Shown here piece by piece: positions 1-9,922 of a DNA stretch of 64,000 nt. The position numbers and the translations under genes are program-made. This stretch comes from an uncultured Actinomycetota bacterium (GTDB taxonomy: Bacteria; Actinomycetota; Acidimicrobiia; Acidimicrobiales; RAAP-2). The notes beneath the pieces are model-generated. The model saw only the letters and a program-made list of their open reading frames with translations. It had not been told where the DNA came from and searched no databases. The first letter of the stretch is position 1. Each line of letters starts with the position of its first letter. The DNA lies in NCBI GenBank assembly GCA_963794755.1, contig CAWCEX010000010.1, forward strand, positions 617,621-681,620, given 5' to 3'.

Positions 1-21
1 CAGCTCCCAATGGTTGAATGA

Positions 22-669
22 GTGACCTGTATGTCATTTCTCGAATTTGTAACAAAACATCGCGTCGAGATCACGACGCTGTCTCTGGAGCATCTCCGCC
101 TGGTTCTGTGGTCCATGATGTTTTCGCTTGTGATCGGCATTCCACTCGGCGTGCTGTTGGCGAGGCATCCGAAGTTGAGAGCGGCTGTGCTCGGAACGAA
201 TAACGTGATTCAAACCATCCCAAGTTTGGCGCTCTTTGGACTGTTACTACCGATGCCTTGGCTGGGCGCACGCGCGGACCGATTGACAATCACAGCTCTG
301 ACGCTCTATGCGCTCCTGCCCATCGTTCGCAATACGTACACTGGCATCAGTGGAGTAGACCCGTCAGTACTTGAAGTTGCAACCGGCATGGGGCTGACTC
401 CACGACAGATTCTTTGGCATGTGGAGATTCCTCTGGCCTCGCCTGTTATTCTCGGCGGGGTCCGAGTGGCGACCGTGATCACGATTGGGGTGGCGACAAT
501 TGCAGCAGCCATCGGAGCTGGTGGCCTTGGCGAATTTATCTTTCGCGGCTTAGCCATGGTGGATAACAATGTGATTCTGGCAGGTGCGGTTCCCGCAGCA
601 CTCATGGCGCTCATCGCTGATGGAGCAATCGGAGCGCTACAGATGGGTGCGCAATGGCGACGCCGGTAA
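22..669 (+). CDS. Osmoprotectant (glycine betaine/choline) ABC transporter permease, OpuCB/ProW/YehW-like
   Basis: Hydrophobic 215-aa ORF with TIPSLALFGLL and AAAIGAGGLGEFIFRG motifs typical of the family; directly followed by the cognate binding protein. Confidence 0.9.
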   Translation: MTCMSFLEFVTKHRVEITTLSLEHLRLVLWSMMFSLVIGIPLGVLLARHPKLRAAVLGTNNVIQTIPSLALFGLLLPMPWLGARADRLTITALTLYALLPIVRNTYTGISGVDPSVLEVATGMGLTPRQILWHVEIPLASPVILGGVRVATVITIGVATIAAAIGAGGLGEFIFRGLAMVDNNVILAGAVPAALMALIADGAIGALQMGAQWRRR

Positions 670-670
670 C

Positions 671-1546
671 ATGAACCGCCGAATGTTCTTAACCGGGACA
701 CCTGCGCTGTTACTTGTGGGTTGCAATGGACGCAAGCGCCTTGTCTCTGTCGGTACCAAGAACTTCACGGAGCAACTCGTACTTGGAGAATTACTGGCGC
801 AAGTTCTGGAGAGTCACACGAAGGTTCCCGTCGAGCGCCGCTTCTACCTGGCAGGAACGTATATCTGCCAGCAAGCCATTCTTGCCGGGAGAATCGATAC
901 TTACGTCGAATACACTGGTACGGCTCTCACCGCCATACTTAAGCTACCTGCACAGTCAGACGCGAAAGCGGTGTTTGAAATCGTACGCAACGAATACCAA
1001 CGTCGGTTCAATCTCACGGTCCTTCCCTCACTGGGATTCAACAACACCTTTGCTATCGCGATGCGCGAGGCAGATGCCAGAGCCGAAGGGATTGCGAAAT
1101 TGTCGGAGCTTGCCGCACACTCGCAGCAGATGCGCCTAGGCGTGGGATATGAATTTCTAGAGCGTCCGGATGGTTTTGAGGGACTGGCAAGAACCTATGG
1201 ACTGCGATTCGCCGCGCCGCCAAGAGTCATGGATCTAGGTCTGCTGTATCGAGCGCTTCAAGCAAAACAGGTGGATATTGTAGCGGGTTCTAACACGGAT
1301 GGCATGATCGCCGCGCTCGGCTTGCGGGTGCTGGAAGACGACAGACATTACTTTCCACCTTATGATGCGGTCCCTATAGTCAGGCCAGAGGCTTTGCAAC
1401 AGTTCGACGGAATGCGAACAGCGCTCGAGCAACTTACCGGACGTGTCTCAACTGAAGCTATGCGCCGCATGAACTACGCAGTGGATGGGGAGAAGCGCGA
1501 TGTCTCTGATGTGGTGCGCGAATTCCGAAGGTCGTTGCAACTATAG
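671..1546 (+). CDS. Osmoprotectant ABC transporter substrate-binding lipoprotein (OpuAC/OsmF-like)
   Basis: GTKNFTEQLVLGE, YVEYTGT, GFNNTFA and FPPYDA motifs; ATG at 671, 1 nt after the permease stop; LLLVGC lipobox-like. Confidence 0.9.
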   Translation: MNRRMFLTGTPALLLVGCNGRKRLVSVGTKNFTEQLVLGELLAQVLESHTKVPVERRFYLAGTYICQQAILAGRIDTYVEYTGTALTAILKLPAQSDAKAVFEIVRNEYQRRFNLTVLPSLGFNNTFAIAMREADARAEGIAKLSELAAHSQQMRLGVGYEFLERPDGFEGLARTYGLRFAAPPRVMDLGLLYRALQAKQVDIVAGSNTDGMIAALGLRVLEDDRHYFPPYDAVPIVRPEALQQFDGMRTALEQLTGRVSTEAMRRMNYAVDGEKRDVSDVVREFRRSLQL

Positions 1547-1553
1547 CCGCACG

Positions 1554-3113
1554 TTATTCGTTTGCCTTCCGAATCATGCGCCAGGCGACCATAGCACTTG
1601 TCACGGACAAGATGGCGCAGATCAACATGACAATTCGGAATCCAAATACAAATGACTTCCCGACGGATTCCTCAATGGTAGCTCTCATCGCTGGATTCAG
1701 GCTATCGGGTACTTGTAATCCAGCAAGCTTAATCTCGTCTGCTTTAATGCTTTTCAAGACGTCTGGAGACAGCGACAGATATTGCAAGCTGTGACCTAGA
1801 TTGGAGCTAAAGGCGCTTACCATCACGATCCCAAGGACTGCGACCGCAAGCACTCCCGCCACTCGTGCAACTGCATTGTTAATTCCGGAAGCCGTGCCAA
1901 CGCGATCCTGGCGCACTGAGTTCATCACGACGGTGGTGAGCGGAGCTACGGTGACCGCCATCCCGAAACCGAGAACCACCAGAGCAGGAAAGAACGCACT
2001 CCAGTAGCTGTCTCCAATAGAGGACACTGCGAACAGCGCGAAACCTAAGGCTGCAATCAGGGGTCCGATTACTAATGGCTCTTCCGCGCCATAGCGTGCA
2101 ACCAATCCGCCGGACCAGCGGGAGAGCAGGAACATCAGCAGAATCAGTGGGAGCATGGCTGCGCCGGCTGCTGTCGCGGAGTATCGCTGAACTTGTATGA
2201 GGTTCAGCGGGAACAGGAAGAAGAAAATTCCAGTCGCTGAATATAGAAACAGCGTGAGCAGGTTCGCGCCAGTGAAGTTGCGCGATTCGAAGAGTGTGAG
2301 CGGGACCATCGGCGAAGTCACGCGGGCTTCGGTGAATGCAAAAGCTATTACGCATCCGACACCGGTGATCAAACTCCCATAAACCCGTGGATCTCCCCAA
2401 CCCTGGTTCGTGGATTCAATGAAGCCGTAAACCAGGCCACTCAAACCGAGGCTGGCAAAGAAAGTGCCCGCCCAATCAACACGGGTTGTCGAGGCGCTGT
2501 GGCTTTCTGGAATGTGCCAGATGGAGATTGCGATCACAGCCGCCGCCAGCGGGACATTGATGAAAAATGCCCAGCGCCAGGAAGCATGCTCAACCAGCCA
2601 TCCTCCGAGAACGGGTCCAACTGCCGTTGTGATTGCCGTAAATCCAGACCACGTCCCGATTGCCTGGCCACGGCTCTTTTCATCGAATGATGTGCTGATG
2701 ATGGCAAGGCTGCCGGGCACAAGGAGCGCCGCGCCAAGGCCTTGAATGCTCCTTGCGACAATTAGTTGATGAATGTTTGTGGCGAGTCCGCAAGCCACGG
2801 AAGCCACAGCGAAGGTTGCCACGCCTGTCACGAAGATCAACCGTCGGCCTAACAGGTCTCCGAGCGAACCGCCGACCAGAATCAATGCCCCAAGAAACAG
2901 TCCATAAGATTCGACCACCCATTGCACACCCACCACGGTTGCGTGAAAGCTGGCCTGAATCGCGGGAAGAGCAACATTGACAACCGTGCTATCGATGAAT
3001 GCCATGCTGGACGCGAGAATGGTTGCACCCAGTATCCAGGTCTTTGCTTCTGCGACACACGGAGTTTCGACAGCACCGGACAGGATTACGGCTTCGTCGC
3101 AGGGCGGCCTCAT
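1554..3113 (-). CDS. MFS transporter, DHA2 (14-TMS, EmrB/QacA-like) drug efflux
   Basis: MAFIDSTVVNVALP, GDLLGRR motif A, and GPVLGGWLV; start chosen at MRPP (3113). Confidence 0.9.
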   Translation of the reverse strand: MRPPCDEAVILSGAVETPCVAEAKTWILGATILASSMAFIDSTVVNVALPAIQASFHATVVGVQWVVESYGLFLGALILVGGSLGDLLGRRLIFVTGVATFAVASVACGLATNIHQLIVARSIQGLGAALLVPGSLAIISTSFDEKSRGQAIGTWSGFTAITTAVGPVLGGWLVEHASWRWAFFINVPLAAAVIAISIWHIPESHSASTTRVDWAGTFFASLGLSGLVYGFIESTNQGWGDPRVYGSLITGVGCVIAFAFTEARVTSPMVPLTLFESRNFTGANLLTLFLYSATGIFFFLFPLNLIQVQRYSATAAGAAMLPLILLMFLLSRWSGGLVARYGAEEPLVIGPLIAALGFALFAVSSIGDSYWSAFFPALVVLGFGMAVTVAPLTTVVMNSVRQDRVGTASGINNAVARVAGVLAVAVLGIVMVSAFSSNLGHSLQYLSLSPDVLKSIKADEIKLAGLQVPDSLNPAMRATIEESVGKSFVFGFRIVMLICAILSVTSAMVAWRMIRKANE

Positions 3114-3285
3114 GGACGCTGTTGATGCGCTTTGGCGCGGATTAGGTTTTGAAGATGGCGGAAGCAGAGCACGAACAGAGAACGGCGCGTTCGTGAATGC
3201 GTTCCGCCCACTATCATTGCAGGGACGAAGTTTCAGGTAGCATTGTTTTGGATCAGAGACCGAACTCACAAGGACGACACTCACC

Positions 3286-4220
3286 ATGCGCGACCAAGTC
3301 GTGGTCCGGTGCAAGGATTTACGCAAGACTTACGATGGCAAGGTGGAGGCGGTTCGCGGGCTCGACCTGACCATATACGCCGGGCAATGCTATGGCTTGC
3401 TTGGGCCGAACGGTGCAGGCAAGACAACAACCATCGAAATCCTTGAGGGCTTGCTCGATGCAAGCTCAGGCGAGGTGGAAATTCTTGGCCGCACCTGGCG
3501 CGAGCACCCTGCTGAATTGCGCGAATCAATTGGCGTATCTCTGCAGGAGACGCGGCTGTCCGAGAAACTCTCCGTCCGGGAGACGCTCGAGCTGTTCGGA
3601 GGCTTTTATCGCAGTGCGCGGCCGGTGGACGAGGTTCTCGAAGAGTTGGCGCTCACGGAGAAAGCCGATGCCTGGGTGGGCAAGCTCTCTGGCGGCCAAA
3701 AACAGCGTCTCGCGATTGCCACCGCGCTAGTGGGCAACCCACGCATGTTGTTTCTCGATGAGCCCACTACGGGGCTCGATCCACAAAGCCGACGGCAGGT
3801 CTGGGAGATTGTGCGCCGCTTTCAGGCTGAGGGCGGAACGGTGCTGCTGACCACACATTACATGGACGAGGCAGAGCGGCTCTGCGACTACATCTCCATC
3901 ATCGATCACGGCAAAGTGATTGCTGCTGGAACTCCCCCTGAGCTGATATCCGGAGTCGGCGGCCACCATCGAGTGGAATTTGCGTTGGCCAACGAAGCTC
4001 CAATTTCGTTCGAGCTTTGGCGAACGCTCCCAGGAGTTGGTGGGGTACAGAGCGATGACGGAGTCACTGCTCTCACGGTCGAGGAACCGCATCGCACCAT
4101 CCCAGCGTTACTGGCCCTGGTAGAGCAGAACGGCTGGCACTGAGCAAATTGACGACACGGCAATCAAGTCTGGAAGACGTTTTCGTCAACCTGACCGGGC
4201 GCCACTTGCGGGAGGACTAA
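3286..4220 (+). CDS. ABC-2 exporter ATP-binding protein (frameshift near 4140)
   Basis: Walker A GPNGAGKT, LSGGQ, LFLDEPTTG, TTHYMDEA; the C-terminus SKLTTRQSSLEDVFVNLTGRHLRED* continues in another frame to TAA at 4220. Confidence 0.88.
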
Positions 4221-4221
4221 C

Positions 4222-5325
4222 ATGGTCGAGCAGACCAGCGAGATACGAGGAGAACGGCGTGTTCGCACTGCCACCGTCCACGGACGCTGGACTGGCTACC
4301 GCATGCTGCTGATGGCTCGCCTGAAGGAATTATTCCGCGAGCCGGAGGTTATCTTCTGGATCTTCCTGTTTCCGATCCTGCTCGCGCTTGGGTTGGGGAT
4401 TGCGTTCCGCAATAAGCCGCTGGATGCCACACGGGTAGTCGTTGTCCAGCAACCCGGTGCGGAACGCATAGCCGAACTGCTGCGGCGCGGACCGGAGGCG
4501 CATTCTCTGATGGTGGAGGTGCAACCATCAGCGCAGGCAGCCCTCAATTTCCGTCTGGGAAAGTTTGACGTGGAGCTGGTTCCACACGGTGATGCTGTGG
4601 AGTACATCTATGATCCGGCTCGTCCGGAGAGCGTGTTGGCGCGCAGCCTGGCTGACCATGCGTTACAGGTGGCAGCGGGAAGCAAGCCAGCTATTCCGAC
4701 CGTCTCGCGGGTGAACAGCGAACCGGGTAGCCGCTATATTGATTTTCTAATTCCCGGCCTTCTCGGCATGAATCTGATGGGCTCGGGAATGTGGGGGATT
4801 GGCTTTGCGATTGTGGAGATGCGCCAGCGTAAACTGCTCAAGCGTTACATGGCCACGCCCATGCGGCGCGGAGATTTCCTCCTCGCGCTGGCAACCAGCC
4901 GCCTGATCCTGATGATTACCGAGGTAGCTCTCGTGCTGGGCTTTGGGGTTCTCGCATTCCACATGCGGGTTGTGGGATCGTGGGCCGCCATAGCGCTGGT
5001 GAGCTGCCTGGGCGCGCTCACCTTCGCCGCGCTTGGCCTGCTTACCGCCAGCCGCACGCAGAAGATCGAAACCGCAAGCGGCATTATGAATGTGGTGATG
5101 ATGCCAATGTGGATTTTTTCCGGCATATTCTTTTCCTATGAGCGTTTTCCGGCCATAGCGATTCCACTCATCAAACTGCTGCCGCTCACGGCGCTCAATG
5201 ACGTGCTGCGAGCCGTCATTCTGGAGGGCAGCTCGCTCTCGTCACAGGCCGCGCCGCTCGCGGTAATCTGTTTCTGGGGCGTGGTCTCATACTTCTTTGC
5301 GGCGCGATTCTTTCGCTGGACGTAA
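4222..5325 (+). CDS. ABC-2 type exporter permease
   Basis: FREPEVIFW, YIDFLIPGLLGM and LPLTALND motifs; follows the ATPase gene. Confidence 0.88.
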   Translation: MVEQTSEIRGERRVRTATVHGRWTGYRMLLMARLKELFREPEVIFWIFLFPILLALGLGIAFRNKPLDATRVVVVQQPGAERIAELLRRGPEAHSLMVEVQPSAQAALNFRLGKFDVELVPHGDAVEYIYDPARPESVLARSLADHALQVAAGSKPAIPTVSRVNSEPGSRYIDFLIPGLLGMNLMGSGMWGIGFAIVEMRQRKLLKRYMATPMRRGDFLLALATSRLILMITEVALVLGFGVLAFHMRVVGSWAAIALVSCLGALTFAALGLLTASRTQKIETASGIMNVVMMPMWIFSGIFFSYERFPAIAIPLIKLLPLTALNDVLRAVILEGSSLSSQAAPLAVICFWGVVSYFFAARFFRWT

Positions 5326-5489
5326 ACACAAGCTGACAACCATGGCACCCGAAACTTCATCTGCCAGAGAAGCTGTGACAGGTTTTGTCGTCCAACAGTA
5401 TTCCCGATTTAGAGTGCTGTCTCGCAGTTCCTTCTGTTACCCGCGACTTATCCGGGCGGAGGGCATCAATAACTCAGGAGTTCCATACC

Positions 5490-7868
5490 ATGATCCGTGA
5501 GGACATTTTCCAGAAATTTCCGGACCTGTTCGGGACCAAGAAGGTGAACGGACGAGAAGTCAGCGTTGATGAGACCATTGCCGCGCTCACCCGAGAGCTG
5601 CGGCCCGATATTGCTGCTGCCCTGACGGCTCGCCGGATGCTCCTACAGTCCGATGCGCCGGTCACCGGGAAATACGCGTGGCCAAGCTGGGATGAAACGT
5701 TTGCTGATCCGGTAACAGGTCAGCCCCGGAGCTTTCGACAGATCATACAGGGACTGATCGATAACTTTCTCGACCAAGACAGCCGTTGGCGCTGGCGGCT
5801 CAATGATGAGGTACCCGTCCCCGAGGACGCCCGTCCATTGAGCAACCCGGGACTGGAACTTACCGGGCCTTGGTATCCGCTCGACATGGCTTTCAATGCA
5901 TTGAACAGCCCAGCGCCGATGAATATGCCGGATTTCGAAGACGCCTCGCCGCCGCATTTCCAGCCCGATGGCACCCCGACAAATCAGCCGGTGGGGATTT
6001 TTGCGGCCATGCAGAACGCCAAAGAGATCTTCGAAGGCAAATGGGATGAGCGTCCCTACGAGGTAGCCAAGAAAGATAAGAAGCGCACTTACAGGATTAA
6101 TAAGCCGGCGGCGCAATGGCCGATCCGGTTTGTTCGTCCTCCCAGCATTCATGTGCGCTATGACCACGTTGTTGTCGACGGGCAACCGGCTCCTGGCTTA
6201 ATTGCCGTCGCTGTGCTCTGGGTGGTGAATAACTATGAGTCTCTGAGGCGCGCCGGTACGGGCGTATACTTCTACATCCCGAAGCTGCAATCTCCCCTGG
6301 AAGCCTTGATTGTGGAGAAGCTGTTGGCACGACTGGAAGGCATCATCGGCGTCCCAGTTGGCACCATAAAAATCAAAATGCTATATGAGGAGGGGAATGC
6401 AGGGCGCACTCTACCAGCAATCGCCTGGGTTTTGCGACGCCGTCTTCTGGGGACAAACGTTGGACGTTGGGATTACTTGGGCAGCCTGATTGAGATGTGG
6501 AAGGATGACCCCCAAGGAATCTTCCCTGATCCGCAGACGATCGGCATGGCGTCTCCGAACATGATCGCCTATCAGCGATACAACGCCCTCATGATGCTGA
6601 TGGCTGGAATGAAGAATGGCGAGCTCAGCCAGGGCGCTCCCATCGGCGGCATGGCTGCGGTCATGATCTATCAGTCGAGCGATGCCTATGGCCGCTCAAA
6701 ATACAACCCACTGGCCCTACGCGCCATGGTCATCGACAAGCTGCGCGAGCGTTTGTTGGGTCTAATCTTCGTTCCAGAAGAGCCGCTGGCAGATCAACAG
6801 CCTACACTCGAAAACATTCTTGCGAAGCGCGTGAAGGGACGGCTCTACGATGCCTACCGGCAGAGCTGGGTCGCAAGTCCGGAGCCAGCATATGTGGCCG
6901 CCGGCAACAAACCTCTGCAAGCCGGTGTAGCGGAGCTCCAGTCGATGCTCGATGCGCCTCAAGAGAACGTGGACGTGAAGGGTAAGCCGGTGGCAACCGC
7001 TGGCAGCGGCCTCACCGAGGCAGAGCGGGCTCTACTGCAATCGCGTGGCGTGCTCAATTCGCAGGGTAAGATCACGCCTTGGGTTATCACTAAGGACTCG
7101 CTGGATGCGCCGGAAAAAATCTTCACACAACAACTTTGGAATGACATCTATGGCGTGCCGAAAGGTGACATCACCGTCGAGCACATTCAGCATGCGTTCT
7201 ACATGGCAGCGAACTACGGTTTCCAGATTCTCAACGGTAACTTCGCGGCCGCCATCGACGACTACGAACTGAAGTTGCGATTCATGAACGATCTAGCCAC
7301 ATATCGGATCAACGTCTCGTGGCTCTGGACCCTTGCGCATCACCAGGCCACCATCACCAAAGATGGCCACCTTAAGCGTCCAGTGCTGACTGAGGACGGC
7401 GTGGAATTGGCGGTAAATGCGGAGTCGATTAAGGCTGGCACGCGCTTCACCCGAGAGCTGTTCGATAAGGTGTGGAACTATCACAACGAATGGACCGCAG
7501 AGTTATTCGCCGAGTTAGATCGTCGCGGCGATCCAGCTCGCTTTGACCGCAGCAAAGCGCCGATCATTATGGAGTTGCTGAAGCGACAGCTACTCTCACC
7601 TCGATACATTCAGCATAGCGCTCGCGTGCTCTTTATAGTCGGACGCGCAAACCCACAGGAGCGCACGCAGATCCTGGATGCTATCTTCGATCTTTCCCGC
7701 GAGGAAATCGTCCAGCGCGTCGACTCCGGCGCACTAAACAAGATGGTCTTGCCAGCGTACGACTATGTCTATGACATCTTTCCCGACAGCGACGAAGAGC
7801 TGCACTCGAAGGTCGGAGCACAGGAGAATCCAGTTGCTACACCCGCAGGTTCGGGACCACGAGGATGA
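5490..7868 (+). CDS. Malate synthase (long, insertion-rich form)
   Basis: FYIPKL, YEEG, GRWDY, GGMAA and MNDLAT motifs match the malate synthase core; CAGGAG RBS before ATG 5490. Confidence 0.8.
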   Translation: MIREDIFQKFPDLFGTKKVNGREVSVDETIAALTRELRPDIAAALTARRMLLQSDAPVTGKYAWPSWDETFADPVTGQPRSFRQIIQGLIDNFLDQDSRWRWRLNDEVPVPEDARPLSNPGLELTGPWYPLDMAFNALNSPAPMNMPDFEDASPPHFQPDGTPTNQPVGIFAAMQNAKEIFEGKWDERPYEVAKKDKKRTYRINKPAAQWPIRFVRPPSIHVRYDHVVVDGQPAPGLIAVAVLWVVNNYESLRRAGTGVYFYIPKLQSPLEALIVEKLLARLEGIIGVPVGTIKIKMLYEEGNAGRTLPAIAWVLRRRLLGTNVGRWDYLGSLIEMWKDDPQGIFPDPQTIGMASPNMIAYQRYNALMMLMAGMKNGELSQGAPIGGMAAVMIYQSSDAYGRSKYNPLALRAMVIDKLRERLLGLIFVPEEPLADQQPTLENILAKRVKGRLYDAYRQSWVASPEPAYVAAGNKPLQAGVAELQSMLDAPQENVDVKGKPVATAGSGLTEAERALLQSRGVLNSQGKITPWVITKDSLDAPEKIFTQQLWNDIYGVPKGDITVEHIQHAFYMAANYGFQILNGNFAAAIDDYELKLRFMNDLATYRINVSWLWTLAHHQATITKDGHLKRPVLTEDGVELAVNAESIKAGTRFTRELFDKVWNYHNEWTAELFAELDRRGDPARFDRSKAPIIMELLKRQLLSPRYIQHSARVLFIVGRANPQERTQILDAIFDLSREEIVQRVDSGALNKMVLPAYDYVYDIFPDSDEELHSKVGAQENPVATPAGSGPRG

Positions 7869-7890
7869 GTAAGCCGCATCCAAATGCGTG

Positions 7891-9609
7891 ATGGCCGCTC
7901 TCTTCAAGAACTTCGCTGAAGTTTGTGAATGGGTGGCCGCCACCTCTCGCAAGAACGAGAAGGTGGACAAGGTTGCGGCCTATCTGCACGAATTACCTGC
8001 GCAGGAGGCCGGACTGGCTGCGCGATACTTGGGAGGAAATGCCTTTGCTGCCTGGGAAGAGCGAACATTGCAGGTGGGCGGCAACCTGCTATGGCGCGTT
8101 CTGGCCGAGGTTTCCGGAGACGAGGGGCAGCTAACAGAAGCCTTCCGGAAATATCGCGACTTGGGATTGGCCGCTGAAGAAGTCTTTGCTCGACGCCACG
8201 AAAACGGAGGCGTTCTCAGCCTGCGACAGCTGGCGGACGCATTCGATTCACTAGCCGAAGCGCGTGGACCAGCAGCGAAGATCGCACTGCTCAAAATCCT
8301 CCTCGCGCGATCCTCCGCTCAGGAAGCAAAATACATTGCCAAAATCATTCTTGGCGAGATGCGAATGGGGCTGAAGGAGAGCCTCGTTGAGGAGGCTCTC
8401 GCGAAGGCTTACGGCGCTGAGCTAGCGGGGGTGAAGCGCACTGCGATGCTGACTGGTGATGCCGCTGAAACCTTGCTGCTGGCGGCAGAACACCGGTTGC
8501 AAGATGCCCGGATGCGGCTGTTCCATCCTATCGGCTTCATGCTGGCGTCCCCGGCTGCAGACGCCAGCGAAGCTTTCACAGAGTTTTCGGACGCAATCGT
8601 TGAAGATAAGTACGACGGCATACGCGCCCAGTCTCACATAGAGTCGGCTACGGGTAAGATCCGCATCTACTCGCGCACGTTGGATGAAATCAGCGGAGCG
8701 TTTCCAGAGCTGGTTGCGCCACTCGCCAGCATTCAAGCGGACGCAGTGCTGGACGGCGAAGTGCTAGCTTGGAGCAATGGCCGTGCGCGTCCATTCCGCG
8801 AGTTGCAGAAGCGGCTTGGGCGCAAACGCGTAACTGCCGCAATGCAGCTGGATATTCCAGTGTCCTACGTGGTTTTCGACGTGCTGGCTTTGCATGGAGA
8901 GTTGACGATTGAGCGGCCTTTGCGCGAGCGCAAGAAGTTGCTACAAGAGTTGTTCGCCAGTCGCAAGATGGAAGAGGGCTTGCCACCGATTTCTGGATGG
9001 CTCGATTTCGGTGGCAGCGAGGCGCAGGCACCTCAAGACCGATTAGTGCTGGCCCCGGCTTTTGAGGCGACTTCGTCAGCGCATCTGGAAGAATTGTTTG
9101 CAGCCGCGCAGTCCCGTGGCAACGAGGGACTGATGATTAAAGCTGCCGATTCTGAATACAGCCCCGGGCGCCGCGGAGGAAACTGGCTGAAGCTCAAGCG
9201 CGAATTGGCAACGCTGGATGTGGTGATCACGGCGGCGGAATACGGCAACGGACATCGCGCGCAGGTGCTGAGCGACTACACTTTCGCAGTGCGCGACGGG
9301 GAGCGTTTACTCAACGTGGGCAAAGCATACACCGGACTTACGGATGCAGAAATTGCGCGCATGACGAAGTGGTTCGAGGAGCACACGCTGCGGCAACAGG
9401 GACACGTCCGCGAGGTAGAAGCGAAGAAAGTAATTGAGGTCGCCTTCAACGCCGTGATGCGCTCGGAGCGCCACGCCAGCGGATATGCGTTGCGCTTTCC
9501 CCGAATTGTAAGGCTGCGCGAGGACAAACCCGCCAGCGAAATCGATACTTTAGATAGAGTGCGGCAAATTTATGATCAGCAAGGCCGCGAGATTCAGACT
9601 GCATCCTGA
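7891..9609 (+). CDS. ATP-dependent DNA ligase (DBD-adenylation-OB)
   Basis: Motif I EDKYDGIR, LDGEV, EGLMIK, WLKLK and ALRFPR. Confidence 0.92.
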   Translation: MAALFKNFAEVCEWVAATSRKNEKVDKVAAYLHELPAQEAGLAARYLGGNAFAAWEERTLQVGGNLLWRVLAEVSGDEGQLTEAFRKYRDLGLAAEEVFARRHENGGVLSLRQLADAFDSLAEARGPAAKIALLKILLARSSAQEAKYIAKIILGEMRMGLKESLVEEALAKAYGAELAGVKRTAMLTGDAAETLLLAAEHRLQDARMRLFHPIGFMLASPAADASEAFTEFSDAIVEDKYDGIRAQSHIESATGKIRIYSRTLDEISGAFPELVAPLASIQADAVLDGEVLAWSNGRARPFRELQKRLGRKRVTAAMQLDIPVSYVVFDVLALHGELTIERPLRERKKLLQELFASRKMEEGLPPISGWLDFGGSEAQAPQDRLVLAPAFEATSSAHLEELFAAAQSRGNEGLMIKAADSEYSPGRRGGNWLKLKRELATLDVVITAAEYGNGHRAQVLSDYTFAVRDGERLLNVGKAYTGLTDAEIARMTKWFEEHTLRQQGHVREVEAKKVIEVAFNAVMRSERHASGYALRFPRIVRLREDKPASEIDTLDRVRQIYDQQGREIQTAS

Positions 9610-9922
9610 GATTTGAGCCCGCAAAGCCGCGCCAGTTCCTCACTTTGACTCCTCAAGTACCGAAAACGAACTACATCGTTAATTGCAGCAAAAATCGGGG
9701 CTAACAACTAGGCGACAAACTTCCAGAGCGGGATATCATCGCGTGTTGTCCTGATTAGCTATGAGCTTACGCCTATCTCCAAATGCAAATGCTCGTGGGC
9801 TGCAACTTCTCTGATGCCGCCGTGTTTGTTCAAGAGAGCTGCAAAAGCAATTGTGTAAGCAGAATCAGTTGAAACACCGCTTCACCCTGTCCGGGCAATT
9901 ACCGCGAAGGAAAGGCTTAACT

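Noticed and set aside
4130-4220. Programmed ribosomal frameshifting in the ABC ATPase, acs or crp genes
   Set aside because: No slippery heptamers or stimulatory structures recognised; indels are widespread and these families are not known to be recoded
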